Assembly: GCA_021513715.1 (NCBI GenBank)
Contig: CP084167.1
Location: 2,784,001 to 2,848,000 of the forward strand
DNA length: 64,000 nucleotides
DNA from: Candidatus Heimdallarchaeum endolithica
Lineage (GTDB): Archaea; Asgardarchaeota; Heimdallarchaeia; Heimdallarchaeales; Heimdallarchaeaceae
Direction: 5' to 3'
In this document: one piece after another, positions 42,067-50,819 of the stretch
How the letters are laid out: each line of letters starts with the position of its first letter
How positions within the stretch are numbered: the first letter of the stretch is position 1
Made by a program: the position numbers and the translations under genes
Notes under the pieces: generated by a model
What the model was told of the DNA's origin: nothing
Databases searched by the model: none
What the model saw: only the letters and a program-made list of their open reading frames with translations

Positions 42067-43461
42067 TTAGAGGTGCTTTAGAAATTCATCAATACCTCTT
42101 TCTATTCCTTGCATTAATAGATATCCTCTAGGTCCTTCTTTTGGAGTAATCTCTCCAGCAACAGGAGTTTGGATAATCTTTTTGACTTCTTTAATATCTC
42201 TTGTATGTCCAAGTGCCCAAATAAGTTTAGCATAAGCTGCTGAAGGTAACATATTAGCTCCTTCAATTACTCCCCTAGATAGCATCTCTCTTCCAGTCTC
42301 ATAAACTCGAAGATGCGTGTAACCAAAAAGAGGTTCGACAGTCATGACTACAGGAATTTCTTCCTCTTGACATCGTTCTAGAGCTGGATACATATCTGTT
42401 CCAACATGAGCTAGTCCTGTTCCAATTATTACAACTCCATGATAACCAAGATCTACCATTGATTCTAGTAGATCTGGTTTCATTCCAGGGTAGAAATATA
42501 ACATTCCAACTTTGTCATCAATTTTAGCATCTAAATAGAATTCGTCTCTTGGACCTCTGGGTTTGATATCCTTTCTGAACCAAGTTATCTCATTTTCATC
42601 CACTTTTCCTAAAGGAATATCTCCGATTGTACGAAACGCATCTCTTCTTGAACTATGCATCTTTCTTACTCTTGTTGCGCGATGGATAAGATTGTATGAG
42701 TCTGATGTACCTCCGTGCATACAAACTACTACTTCAGCAAAATTTTCATATCCTGCTAATCTTGCGGAGTAGAGAATGTTTTTTGGTCCATCAGAAGAAG
42801 GACGGTCAGAACTTCTTTGACTTCCTACTATCACAACTGGAATTGGTAGGTTTCTGAGAAAATAAGATAATGCAGAACCTGTATAAGCCATTGTATCCGT
42901 TCCATGGCCTATGATTATACCTTCTGCTCCTGATTCGATTTCTTTTGCAATTGATTCTGCTGTTTTTACCCAGAATTGGGGTTGAAAATTTTCACTTAGA
43001 ATTTGATAGAGGGTTTTTGGTGTTAAGTTTACTAAAGGAATTAACTCTGGTACTGCTGAAAAAAGTTCTTCTGGGGTAAAAGCTGGGATGACTGCTCCAG
43101 TTCGATAATCTAACCTCGAAGCTACTGTTCCTCCTGTTCCTAAAAGTGTAATATTAGGCAAATTTTCTTTAAATTCTGCATCTACAGAAGGAAGCTTGTA
43201 TTTTCCTTTTTTGTATCCAATTTCCTCTATTTTTGTATTATCATCAATAAATACTCCTAAATTGTAACCTGTATCAACCTTTAAAGTAACATATCTATCA
43301 TCAGTATTCAAGGATCGGGGAAGCAAGATACCCTCATATTTAGCTTCCCCCTTTGTAATTCTGATTTCTGCCCAAGTTCTAATCTTATCTTTTACTAATC
43401 TTTCTAGTAATTCTCCTCTGTAACCTTCTGGTGGTTCGTAATCTGTCTGTTTATCGTTCAT
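42067..43461 (-). CDS. gatD: Glu-tRNA(Gln) amidotransferase subunit D
   Basis: TGGTVASRLDYRTGAV, HGTDT, QRSSDRPSSD, KMHSSRRDAF. Confidence 0.96.
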   Translation of the reverse strand: MNDKQTDYEPPEGYRGELLERLVKDKIRTWAEIRITKGEAKYEGILLPRSLNTDDRYVTLKVDTGYNLGVFIDDNTKIEEIGYKKGKYKLPSVDAEFKENLPNITLLGTGGTVASRLDYRTGAVIPAFTPEELFSAVPELIPLVNLTPKTLYQILSENFQPQFWVKTAESIAKEIESGAEGIIIGHGTDTMAYTGSALSYFLRNLPIPVVIVGSQRSSDRPSSDGPKNILYSARLAGYENFAEVVVCMHGGTSDSYNLIHRATRVRKMHSSRRDAFRTIGDIPLGKVDENEITWFRKDIKPRGPRDEFYLDAKIDDKVGMLYFYPGMKPDLLESMVDLGYHGVVIIGTGLAHVGTDMYPALERCQEEEIPVVMTVEPLFGYTHLRVYETGREMLSRGVIEGANMLPSAAYAKLIWALGHTRDIKEVKKIIQTPVAGEITPKEGPRGYLLMQGIERGIDEFLKHL

Positions 43462-45414
43462 TTATTTGACCTCCAAAAAATTTTCAATCATTTTAGCAAT
43501 TTTTCCCCCAGAAACACAATTATTCGTTTTTCTTATTATTCTAGCAACAAGATTAGGTAGAACAAGCTGAAAAGCCATATTTTTATTGCTAACATCTTCA
43601 AAAGAAAGGTTTTCTAATTCTTTTTTGATTAAATCCTCGAGCTCTTTCTTATTATACTGGGTAGAAAAGTGTTCTTTTATAGTTTCTTCAGTAGAATCAG
43701 GATTTTCTTGCAAATATTCCAATACACTATTCAGTTGCTCTCTATGTATTATCTCTTTTGATAGAAACTTTGCACACTTTTTAATAACTTCGTTTGTTAA
43801 TGGCGTATGCTTACGTCTAAATTCTCTTGGTTTTTCAATTAACAAAGTGTAAGCAACTCTTCCATCAAGCTTCAATTTATTAGTAAATTCAGAGAATAAT
43901 TCCAATCTATCATCTCTAATTAATAAATCAACTTGATTTTGTGTGAAATTGTATTTTCTACTTAATTCTTCAAATAATTCCCATGGCTTTACTCCTACTT
44001 CTTTCTTCCATTCTTTGAGTTTTTCAAGTTCAATTAAAATTGGTGGAGTATCAGTGTCAGGATAAATCCTGTCTTTACCGTGGATTACTCTTAAAAATTC
44101 ACTATTTCCATCAGGAGTTACTCTTCTTGTTTCTTGAGGGACACCATCAAGCGCTATTTTTACTCTCTCTATTATCTTTTTCAAAGCGTGCATACAAGCT
44201 TTCTCTGTTCCTTGAACAACAATAAAAGCATCTGTATCTTTTGTATTTAATAATGTTTGAATTTTTTGATATAATTCTTCATTTATAGGTATTCTACTAA
44301 ACCTGTTGTTGCGTTTTCTAACAGAATTTTCCTCAAATTCGTCACTGTGGAAATGATAATCTGTAGGAATTCCAGTGATTAACATGCTTTTCTCAAAAAT
44401 ATCAATTCCAAAATCCTTACCCGGTTGTATCTCTTTTCCAAATAAGTCCTTCATTTTAGGAAAGATTGTTGCAAAAACCTTTTTCTTTGGTGGGAGAGCA
44501 AAAAGGTGTGAAATGTCTACATATGTGTGTTCAAAATCCTCTTTCTTTAATCCTCTCTCTTGCATCTCTTTTTGTATTTCAATCAATGAATGCTGTCTAA
44601 CTACTTCTCTTCTACAGTATTGATCAAACATATGGATGTCTTGCACACCTTTCAATTCGACTCTGTCTCCACCTGTAATGCTAATGTTTACATCCTGTCT
44701 TACTGCTCCAATTCCTCTTCTACCAATCTTACTTATTCGGAGCACTCGACCAATTTGTAAGGCAGTTTCAATAAGCTCAGAAGGTGTATCAACATCTAAA
44801 TGGTCAGTAATAATTTCTGCAAGAGGAACACCTAGTCGATCAAGGTTGTAATAAACAGTTCTCTCTGAAGTGTCAAACCAATTGACTCTTCTAGCTGCAT
44901 CTTCTTCAACATGTAAATTGCTTATTCTAACTTTTTTTCCATTCTGCAAAGGAACATAACCATCTCTTGCAATAATAAATGTTCTTTGAAAACCCGTAGT
45001 GATACTGCCATCAAGATATTGTTTTCTATTAACAACTACCTCTTCAGCAAAAGCCTTACAATCAAAATAAAAAGCAAGAATAAACCCTTTTGTGATTGTT
45101 TCCATGTCTGGCATAAAAGGAGGAGTTTCATCCATCTCATATGTACAAGTGTTACGTTCGTTAGCATAATAAATAACCTTGTACCCCTTTTCATACTCAA
45201 TTAACATTCCTTCGTCAAAATCTCCCATTTCACCTAAAACAGGTCGAAAATAGCGATAAAAGCTATAATCGAAATTATGAGGGTCTTCTTCAAGAACAGG
45301 TTCACAATTACAGAATAACTTCCTTCTTGATTGAAGTTGATGGTGGACTTCAAGTCCAGCATGGAAACCTAATTTCCTAAAATCATCATCAGTTAAAGAA
45401 TCTGGGTCTATCAT
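43462..45414 (-). CDS. gatE: Glu-tRNA(Gln) amidotransferase subunit E
   Basis: GLEVHHQL...KLFC, DGS..TGFQRT, LDRLGVPL, RQDVNISI, RIYPDTD. Confidence 0.95.
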   Translation of the reverse strand: MIDPDSLTDDDFRKLGFHAGLEVHHQLQSRRKLFCNCEPVLEEDPHNFDYSFYRYFRPVLGEMGDFDEGMLIEYEKGYKVIYYANERNTCTYEMDETPPFMPDMETITKGFILAFYFDCKAFAEEVVVNRKQYLDGSITTGFQRTFIIARDGYVPLQNGKKVRISNLHVEEDAARRVNWFDTSERTVYYNLDRLGVPLAEIITDHLDVDTPSELIETALQIGRVLRISKIGRRGIGAVRQDVNISITGGDRVELKGVQDIHMFDQYCRREVVRQHSLIEIQKEMQERGLKKEDFEHTYVDISHLFALPPKKKVFATIFPKMKDLFGKEIQPGKDFGIDIFEKSMLITGIPTDYHFHSDEFEENSVRKRNNRFSRIPINEELYQKIQTLLNTKDTDAFIVVQGTEKACMHALKKIIERVKIALDGVPQETRRVTPDGNSEFLRVIHGKDRIYPDTDTPPILIELEKLKEWKKEVGVKPWELFEELSRKYNFTQNQVDLLIRDDRLELFSEFTNKLKLDGRVAYTLLIEKPREFRRKHTPLTNEVIKKCAKFLSKEIIHREQLNSVLEYLQENPDSTEETIKEHFSTQYNKKELEDLIKKELENLSFEDVSNKNMAFQLVLPNLVARIIRKTNNCVSGGKIAKMIENFLEVK

Positions 45415-45526
45415 ATTGACTGATTGAAAAAAAAACGTAGAGTTAAAAAGTTTTATTTAAGTATAATAAATTAAGATAAGAAAAATATAATACTAAAACT
45501 AAATTAAAAGGAAAGAATTTAATAAA

Positions 45527-45617
45527 TGGTGCCCCGTGCAGGATTTGAACCTGCCTCTATGGTTTTCTGCACTTATGGCCCCACAGACCACAATTCTAGC
45601 CGCTAAACTAACGGGGC
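45527..45617 (-). tRNA. tRNA-His(GUG) with 16-nt intron at 37/38 (45565-45580), encoded CCA, discriminator A73
   Basis: Acceptor GCCCCGT/ACGGGGC; T arm GCAGG-TTCAAAT-CCTGC; anticodon stem GTGGT/ACCAT. Canonical BHB: CTGT/GCAG helix with bulges GGG and AAA. Confidence 0.93.
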
Positions 45618-45646
45618 AATGAGTATGTCTTTTTTTTTTTCTTCAG

Positions 45647-45654
45647 TTTATAAG
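45647..45654 (-). promoter_or_regulatory. TATA box (CTTATAAA) of tRNA-His
   Basis: Preceded by an A-rich BRE-like run; 30-37 nt upstream of G1. Confidence 0.55.
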
Positions 45655-45748
45655 ATTTTTCTTCATTAACTTTAAATTAATTGAATATAAGGTTTACAGT
45701 TTTAATTTCATTACTTTAAATTAAAAATCTTAAAAGAAAATACGTTCT

Positions 45749-45928
<180 letters not shown>

Positions 45929-45967
45929 GTTATTGTTTTTATGAGCAATAGGCTTTTTTTTTCCCCG

Positions 45968-45975
45968 TTTAAAAA
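45968..45975 (-). promoter_or_regulatory. Candidate TATA box (TTTTTAAA) for the permuted 5S transcript
   Basis: About 40 nt upstream of the 5' arm of the terminal stem. Confidence 0.45.
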
Positions 45976-46074
45976 TCTTACTTTCAATTACTAATCTGCG
46001 CTTTTAGTCTTAAGAAAACTTTAAAGTTAAGCTATTACACACTGTTAAAAGGGAAGAAAATAAAGGTGTAACTA

Positions 46075-46593
46075 GTGCCGTGGTTAGAGGAAGTTTTACT
46101 TGGAGGAACTTTTGATCATCTGCATGATGGACATCGAGCTCTACTAGAATCTGCAATTAGCTTTGGCAAATTTGTAAGAGTAGGTGTGACTACAGATGCG
46201 TTTGCTCGTAGAATGAGAAAGACAGATAAGTATATTTCCTTGTTACAACCTTTAGAGGAAAGAAAGGCAAGTGTAAGGAAGTTTTTAGAATCTCGAGGAT
46301 GTACTAATTATGAAATTTTAGTTATAAATGATCGTTATGGTCCTGCTTTAAATTCAGAAAGTACAGAAGGAATAGTAGTGACAGAAGAGACTTATCCTAC
46401 CGCTGTAGAAATAAATAAGTTAAGAGCTATAAAGGGATTAGATCAACTTCTCATACTTGTTATTCCTTTTGTTTATGATGAACAAGGGTTAATTATTAGT
46501 TCTCGTAGAATAAGAAAACAATTATACTCTCAGCTCAAAAAAGACGGAAAAAATGATGCTAATAAGAGTCTATTAACGTTCAACGCTTTTTAA
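46075..46593 (+). CDS. coaD: Archaeal/eukaryotic-type phosphopantetheine adenylyltransferase
   Basis: GGTFDHLHDGH, DRYGP, VTEET, IN..R, ISSRRIR. Confidence 0.9.
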   Translation: MPWLEEVLLGGTFDHLHDGHRALLESAISFGKFVRVGVTTDAFARRMRKTDKYISLLQPLEERKASVRKFLESRGCTNYEILVINDRYGPALNSESTEGIVVTEETYPTAVEINKLRAIKGLDQLLILVIPFVYDEQGLIISSRRIRKQLYSQLKKDGKNDANKSLLTFNAF

Positions 46594-47094
46594 AATACTC
46601 TTACCCATTTGTAAAAATGCTTCAGCTACATTCTCACCTGTTTTTGCAGAAGTTTCAATGAATCCTATGCAACCATTTTTCTTTGCGAACTCTAATCCTT
46701 CTTCGTAAGAAACTTCTCTCATGTCTTCTAAATCATTCTTATTTCCTACTAATATCAGCATTATTCTAGGTGATTCAGTTTTAGCTTCATTGATCCATGT
46801 TTTTAAGTTATCAAATGTTTTTCTTCTTGTAATGTCATAAGTAATTAATGCTCCCAAAGATCCTTTGAAGAAAATCGTTCTCATTGATTGAAATCGTTCC
46901 TGTCCTGCAATATCCCATAATTGAAGTACTACTCTAGTACCATCAATGGTTTCAAAACGAGAGTAAGGTTCCATTCCAATCGTCATTAAATACCCACTTT
47001 GGAATTTACCGTGTATAAATCTTTGGACTAAGGACGTTTTTCCTACTGCCCCATCGCCTAGTAGAAGAATTTTGAATGTATATTTGTATGACAT
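46573..47094 (-). CDS. Rab-like small GTPase
   Basis: GDGAVGKT, TIG, WDIAGQERF, GNKND, ETSAKTG; no C-terminal Cys. Confidence 0.92.
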   Translation of the reverse strand: MSYKYTFKILLLGDGAVGKTSLVQRFIHGKFQSGYLMTIGMEPYSRFETIDGTRVVLQLWDIAGQERFQSMRTIFFKGSLGALITYDITRRKTFDNLKTWINEAKTESPRIMLILVGNKNDLEDMREVSYEEGLEFAKKNGCIGFIETSAKTGENVAEAFLQMGKSILKSVER

Positions 47095-47209
47095 TTCTTT
47101 AACCTTTTACTTACTTATTTCCCTTTTCTTTTTTCTTCTTTATTAGTTTTTCTTTAGTTTTTTCTCTACTAGCGAAAAGTATTTTTTTAGTTAAATCCAG
47201 AGCAAAGTA

Positions 47210-47689
47210 ATGTCTAAAGGTAAAATCATTGTTCAACTTCATAATTTTAGTTCGATAAACATCTGTACTGACTTTATTCAAACAGCTTCTGCAATAGGGG
47301 CTAAAGAAATAGTTTTTTCACAAGCTTCAGGTAGAGGAGCATCTACAGGAATACCTATGGGTCAAAAAGAGGCTATTAATAGAAAGGTAAACTTTTTCGT
47401 TTTTCAAGATATAACAGATACAATTGAACTATTAAAACCTGATGAAGTATATTTATTTATAAGAAAACCTTTTTCTAAAGAGGATTTTTCTTCAGAAAAA
47501 ATAACTGAATCTTATAAACAAGGAAAAACAATATTGTTAGTATTTGGAGGTTCTAAACCTGGTTTATCCAAAAAGGATCTGGAGTTAGGTACACCTGTAT
47601 ATTTTGAAGGTCTAAATGAACTGAGCTTAATAGGAGAATTAACATTAAGTTTGTATTTGATAAGAAAAGAAATTGAAAAAAGTGATTAG
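47210..47689 (+). CDS. Archaeal SPOUT-fold (SpoU-related) protein
   Basis: VQLHNFSS...A..G.....G.P...D.IELL.PD...VFGG..PG.SK..LELG. Confidence 0.6.
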   Translation: MSKGKIIVQLHNFSSINICTDFIQTASAIGAKEIVFSQASGRGASTGIPMGQKEAINRKVNFFVFQDITDTIELLKPDEVYLFIRKPFSKEDFSSEKITESYKQGKTILLVFGGSKPGLSKKDLELGTPVYFEGLNELSLIGELTLSLYLIRKEIEKSD

Positions 47690-48213
47690 GGAAATATTTC
47701 TTCATTACTGAACATTAATCGTGTAAGATTCAAAAAAGTTTTTTCAACATTAGTACCATCTTTTGCAGAGGTTAAAATATATTCAGCATGTTTATACTTA
47801 TCAGCGAGTTCTTTTATTTCATCTTCAGAAACTTCTAAATTGGGTAAATCACTTTTGTTTCCAACAATAATAACTGGTTTGTCTCCTACTACTTCTCTAA
47901 AGGAATCTATCCAACTGGGTAAATTCTCAATTGTTTTTCTATTGCAACGATCACAAATTGCTAGAGCTCCTTCTGAAGCAAAATAGTATTTACTTCTCAC
48001 TGCTTTAAAGACTGATTGACCTCCGATGTCCCATATAGCTAAATTAACGATTGTATCTATGTATTCTATTTCTTTTTTCATTATTGTTGTTCCTAAAGTA
48101 ATGATGTATGCAGGATTAAAGAGTCCTGTTACAAATCTTCTAACAATAGAGGTTTTTCCAACTCCTGCATCACCAATTAAAACAATCTTTTTTGTAACTT
48201 TCTTGTCTTTCAT
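47686..48213 (-). CDS. Rab-like small GTPase
   Basis: GDAGVGKT, TLG, WDIGGQ, GNKSD, TSAKDG. Confidence 0.9.
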   Translation of the reverse strand: MKDKKVTKKIVLIGDAGVGKTSIVRRFVTGLFNPAYIITLGTTIMKKEIEYIDTIVNLAIWDIGGQSVFKAVRSKYYFASEGALAICDRCNRKTIENLPSWIDSFREVVGDKPVIIVGNKSDLPNLEVSEDEIKELADKYKHAEYILTSAKDGTNVEKTFLNLTRLMFSNEEIFP

Positions 48214-48271
48214 TTCGTTTATCCCTGTCTTGTAACTCTATTTGTTAATTCTATTAATAGTTTTCTTCTTT

Positions 48272-49126
48272 TTAAGAGTAGAATTTTACAGAAGAGTATC
48301 CTACAACACGTATTTTATCTCCTGCTGTATCGCCAGAAGAAGCATACTTTAATATTTTACTCTTTGTTCTACCTGTTTCTAAAGCTGCAGTTATTGTAGC
48401 TGCAATGGGTCCAGCCCCACACATTGTTACATTTTTGGATTGTTTAATATTATACATCTCATAAACATCCATCTGTTCAATGGCATTAAGAACTGCTAAA
48501 TCTTTTTCTTTCGCTCTTTCATATGGTTCTTGGTGTGTTAAATCAGAACTAGCTATTATAATAACTTCTTTGTTTTTACAAACTTTTGCTATGCTCTGCC
48601 CAAGTTTAATACTAGATTCTATGCTCTGATAAGTCATGGCTATAGGAACAAATTTGAACTTTTTTTCTCCAAATATATATTGAAGAAAAGGCAATTGAAC
48701 TTCTATTGAGTGTTCTCGATGATGAGCTAAATCACTTTCCCCAATATTTTCATTTTCATTAACTAACTCTTGTTTTACTTCCTTGTCAATAGAGACTATA
48801 CCCAACGGGGTTTCCCATTCTGTAATTCGTTCAACAGTAGCAATATCTGGACCAACTCCATAATGATTTGGACCGAGAATTATTACCGTTTCTGGGAGTT
48901 CGATTTTACTAAGTTCAAAATATGTCCAAGCTGCAATAGGGCCAGAATAAATATATCCTGCATGAGGAGCGACATAATACTCTAATTGTCTTTTTTCTCT
49001 ATTCTCTTTAATTGGAAAAGTTTGAGGGCCGACAGGACTACTAAAGCTTTTTTCTATAAGACTGACTAACTCATCTTTTCTAGATGGATAGAACATTCCA
49101 GCTACTGCTGCTGTTCTTTTTGTCAT
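48272..49126 (-). CDS. MEMO1-family protein (AmmeMemoRadiSam protein B)
   Basis: AVAGMFYP, PHAGYIYSG, GPNH, EHSIEVQLPFLQ, SSDLTH, MCG, VVGY. Confidence 0.93.
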   Translation of the reverse strand: MTKRTAAVAGMFYPSRKDELVSLIEKSFSSPVGPQTFPIKENREKRQLEYYVAPHAGYIYSGPIAAWTYFELSKIELPETVIILGPNHYGVGPDIATVERITEWETPLGIVSIDKEVKQELVNENENIGESDLAHHREHSIEVQLPFLQYIFGEKKFKFVPIAMTYQSIESSIKLGQSIAKVCKNKEVIIIASSDLTHQEPYERAKEKDLAVLNAIEQMDVYEMYNIKQSKNVTMCGAGPIAATITAALETGRTKSKILKYASSGDTAGDKIRVVGYSSVKFYS

Positions 49127-50726
49127 GAATAACTTTTTTTTACAAAATTTTTAAATGTTAGGGAAGAGGGAGAAAAAAAAAGAGAAAGACGGAGAAAAAA
49201 TAACGAGGGATGAATGGATGAATGAATGTAGGTTTTTATAGGAAAAAGAGTAATAGTAAATAAGGAAAAAAAGTAAATAAGTAAAGGAAAGAGTAAAGGG
49301 AATAAATGAAGGAAGAAGTAAGGGGAAAGAAGAATGGGAGTGAAAATAAGGAAGGAATGGATGGAAAAAACGATAAGATTGACCTTACTCCCGAGTAGAA
49401 AAAAGAGGAAAGACCTGAGAGATGCACAAGAAAAAGTAAGAGAGTTTGCCAATACCCTTATTCCATTCAAAAGAAGAGTAAAAACAGGCAAAGAATTCCA
49501 TCACCTGGTTTATTATAGGTTTAAATATTTAGGTTTTCACAGTCAATTGCAAGAAAATATTCAAAGAAGAGTCTATGCCACAAAGAAAGTAAGAAGATTT
49601 ACTCAATTTCCTTTAGAATTTAACTTTCCTCGAAGTGGAAAACTAGCCCAGACAGAAAGAGGGAACCCTGTTCTTTCCCTTTCTCCTTTAAAGGAAAGGA
49701 TAGCTATTCCTATTTTACAAGATGGGGGATGGAGAAAACTAAAAGAGTATGAACATAGAGGGTGGGAAGAACATAGTTGTAGAGTGTTCTATCACCGAAG
49801 AAAGAAAAAATGGGTGGTACATCTAAATATTAGAAAAAAACTTCCTCCTCCATCACAAGAAATAGAAGGAACAATAGGTGTAGATGTAGGAAGAAAAGTA
49901 GCTGCTGCAATAACACTCAACCACCCTTCTTTTCCACTAATAGAACGTTATTTAGGCAAAGATATTGTATGGAAACAGTATCAGTTTGCCAAAAGAAGAA
50001 GAAAACTGCAATCTTATAAAGATAAAGGAAGTAAAAAGGCACGGCGTGCATTAAAAAGATTAAAAATGAAAGAAAAAAATTATAACCAAACTCGTTGTGA
50101 GCAAATAGCTCACGAGATAGTAGATTTAGCAGTAACTACTCGTTCTGCTATAGTTATAGAAAATATTAAAGGAATAAAGAAAAAGTGGAGAAAAAGGCAC
50201 TCTTATGGAAGCAAAAGAAAACCAACTAAAAAAGTCAAGAAGTTACATTCTATTCGTCGAGAGTTAAACAGCTGGTCTTACAGTTATTTTCTCTCTTTTT
50301 TGACTTCTCTAGCTCAACAAAATCGTATCCCTGTTATTACTATTGATCCTCGTTACACCAGTCAGACTTGCTCCCGATGCGGTCATATCTCCAAAAAATC
50401 TCGTGTTACTCGTGGTCTTTATCGTTGTGTTTCTTGCGGTTTTGAAGTCAACAGTGACCGTAACGCTTCTCGTAATATCTCCTGGAAAGGTTTGTCTTCT
50501 CTCGGTTTATCTTTCTATAGTTCTTGGTCTTCCTCTTTCTCCTCTTTCTCTTCTTCCTTTTCTTCTTCTTTTCCGCGTGAGAGGAAAAACTTTCTTTTTC
50601 CGGTTTCCGTGGTCGAGGAGCGCTCAACCTTCTCCAATGGCTCAATGACTGGACCTGGTTCTTCTACCCCTCGTCCTTGAGAGCAAGATTGGCGTACAAA
50701 AAATTTTGTACAAAAATTAAGTTGAT
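49125..50726 (+). mobile_element. Non-autonomous tnpB-only element (IS200/IS605/IS607-like), about 1.6 kb
   Basis: Ends defined by alignment to the mini-copy at 61703-62057: left TCAT|GAATAACTTTTTTTTACA, right GTACAAAAATTAAGTTGAT. No tnpA inside. Confidence 0.8.
49334..50680 (+). CDS. tnpB: TnpB RNA-guided endonuclease, catalytic residues intact
   Basis: RuvC-I GVDVG, RuvC-II IENI, PRYTSQTCSRC...CVSC zinc finger, RuvC-III SDRNASRNI. Confidence 0.93.
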   Translation: MGVKIRKEWMEKTIRLTLLPSRKKRKDLRDAQEKVREFANTLIPFKRRVKTGKEFHHLVYYRFKYLGFHSQLQENIQRRVYATKKVRRFTQFPLEFNFPRSGKLAQTERGNPVLSLSPLKERIAIPILQDGGWRKLKEYEHRGWEEHSCRVFYHRRKKKWVVHLNIRKKLPPPSQEIEGTIGVDVGRKVAAAITLNHPSFPLIERYLGKDIVWKQYQFAKRRRKLQSYKDKGSKKARRALKRLKMKEKNYNQTRCEQIAHEIVDLAVTTRSAIVIENIKGIKKKWRKRHSYGSKRKPTKKVKKLHSIRRELNSWSYSYFLSFLTSLAQQNRIPVITIDPRYTSQTCSRCGHISKKSRVTRGLYRCVSCGFEVNSDRNASRNISWKGLSSLGLSFYSSWSSSFSSFSSSFSSSFPRERKNFLFPVSVVEERSTFSNGSMTGPGSSTPRP

Positions 50727-50746
50727 AATGAAACTACTGTTTTTTT
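50571..50746 (+). ncRNA. Predicted TnpB omegaRNA (scaffold to 50726, then guide from flanking DNA)
   Basis: Overlaps the tnpB 3' end. Conserved with the mini-copy, including covarying stem CCGCG/CGTGG vs CCGTG/CACGG and GCTC/GAGC pseudoknot potential. Confidence 0.7.
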
Positions 50747-50819
50747 ATTAAAAAATATTGCTCTTCATTTTGTTAAATATTCCAACAACAAAGAAGTCAA
50801 AGTTAGTAAATGAAGAAAA

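Noticed and set aside
43459-43464. In-frame TAA-ATG junction as a programmed GatE-GatD fusion
   Set aside because: TAA is a poor readthrough codon and both subunits are complete; ordinary translational coupling suffices.
45565-45584. tRNA-Cys (GCA) reading of the tRNA
   Set aside because: GCA lies in the intron and forms the BHB helix; canonical splicing leaves GTG at 34-36.
49123-49491. Hydrophobic minus-strand ORFs (122 aa, 63 aa) and the 50343-50648 / 50448-50645 ORFs
   Set aside because: Artefacts of the low-complexity purine and pyrimidine tracts of the element.
49334-50680. Fanzor-like or CRISPR-associated Cas12f interpretation of TnpB
   Set aside because: Canonical DVG/IEN RuvC arrangement rather than the rearranged Fanzor-type site; no repeat-spacer array or cas genes nearby.
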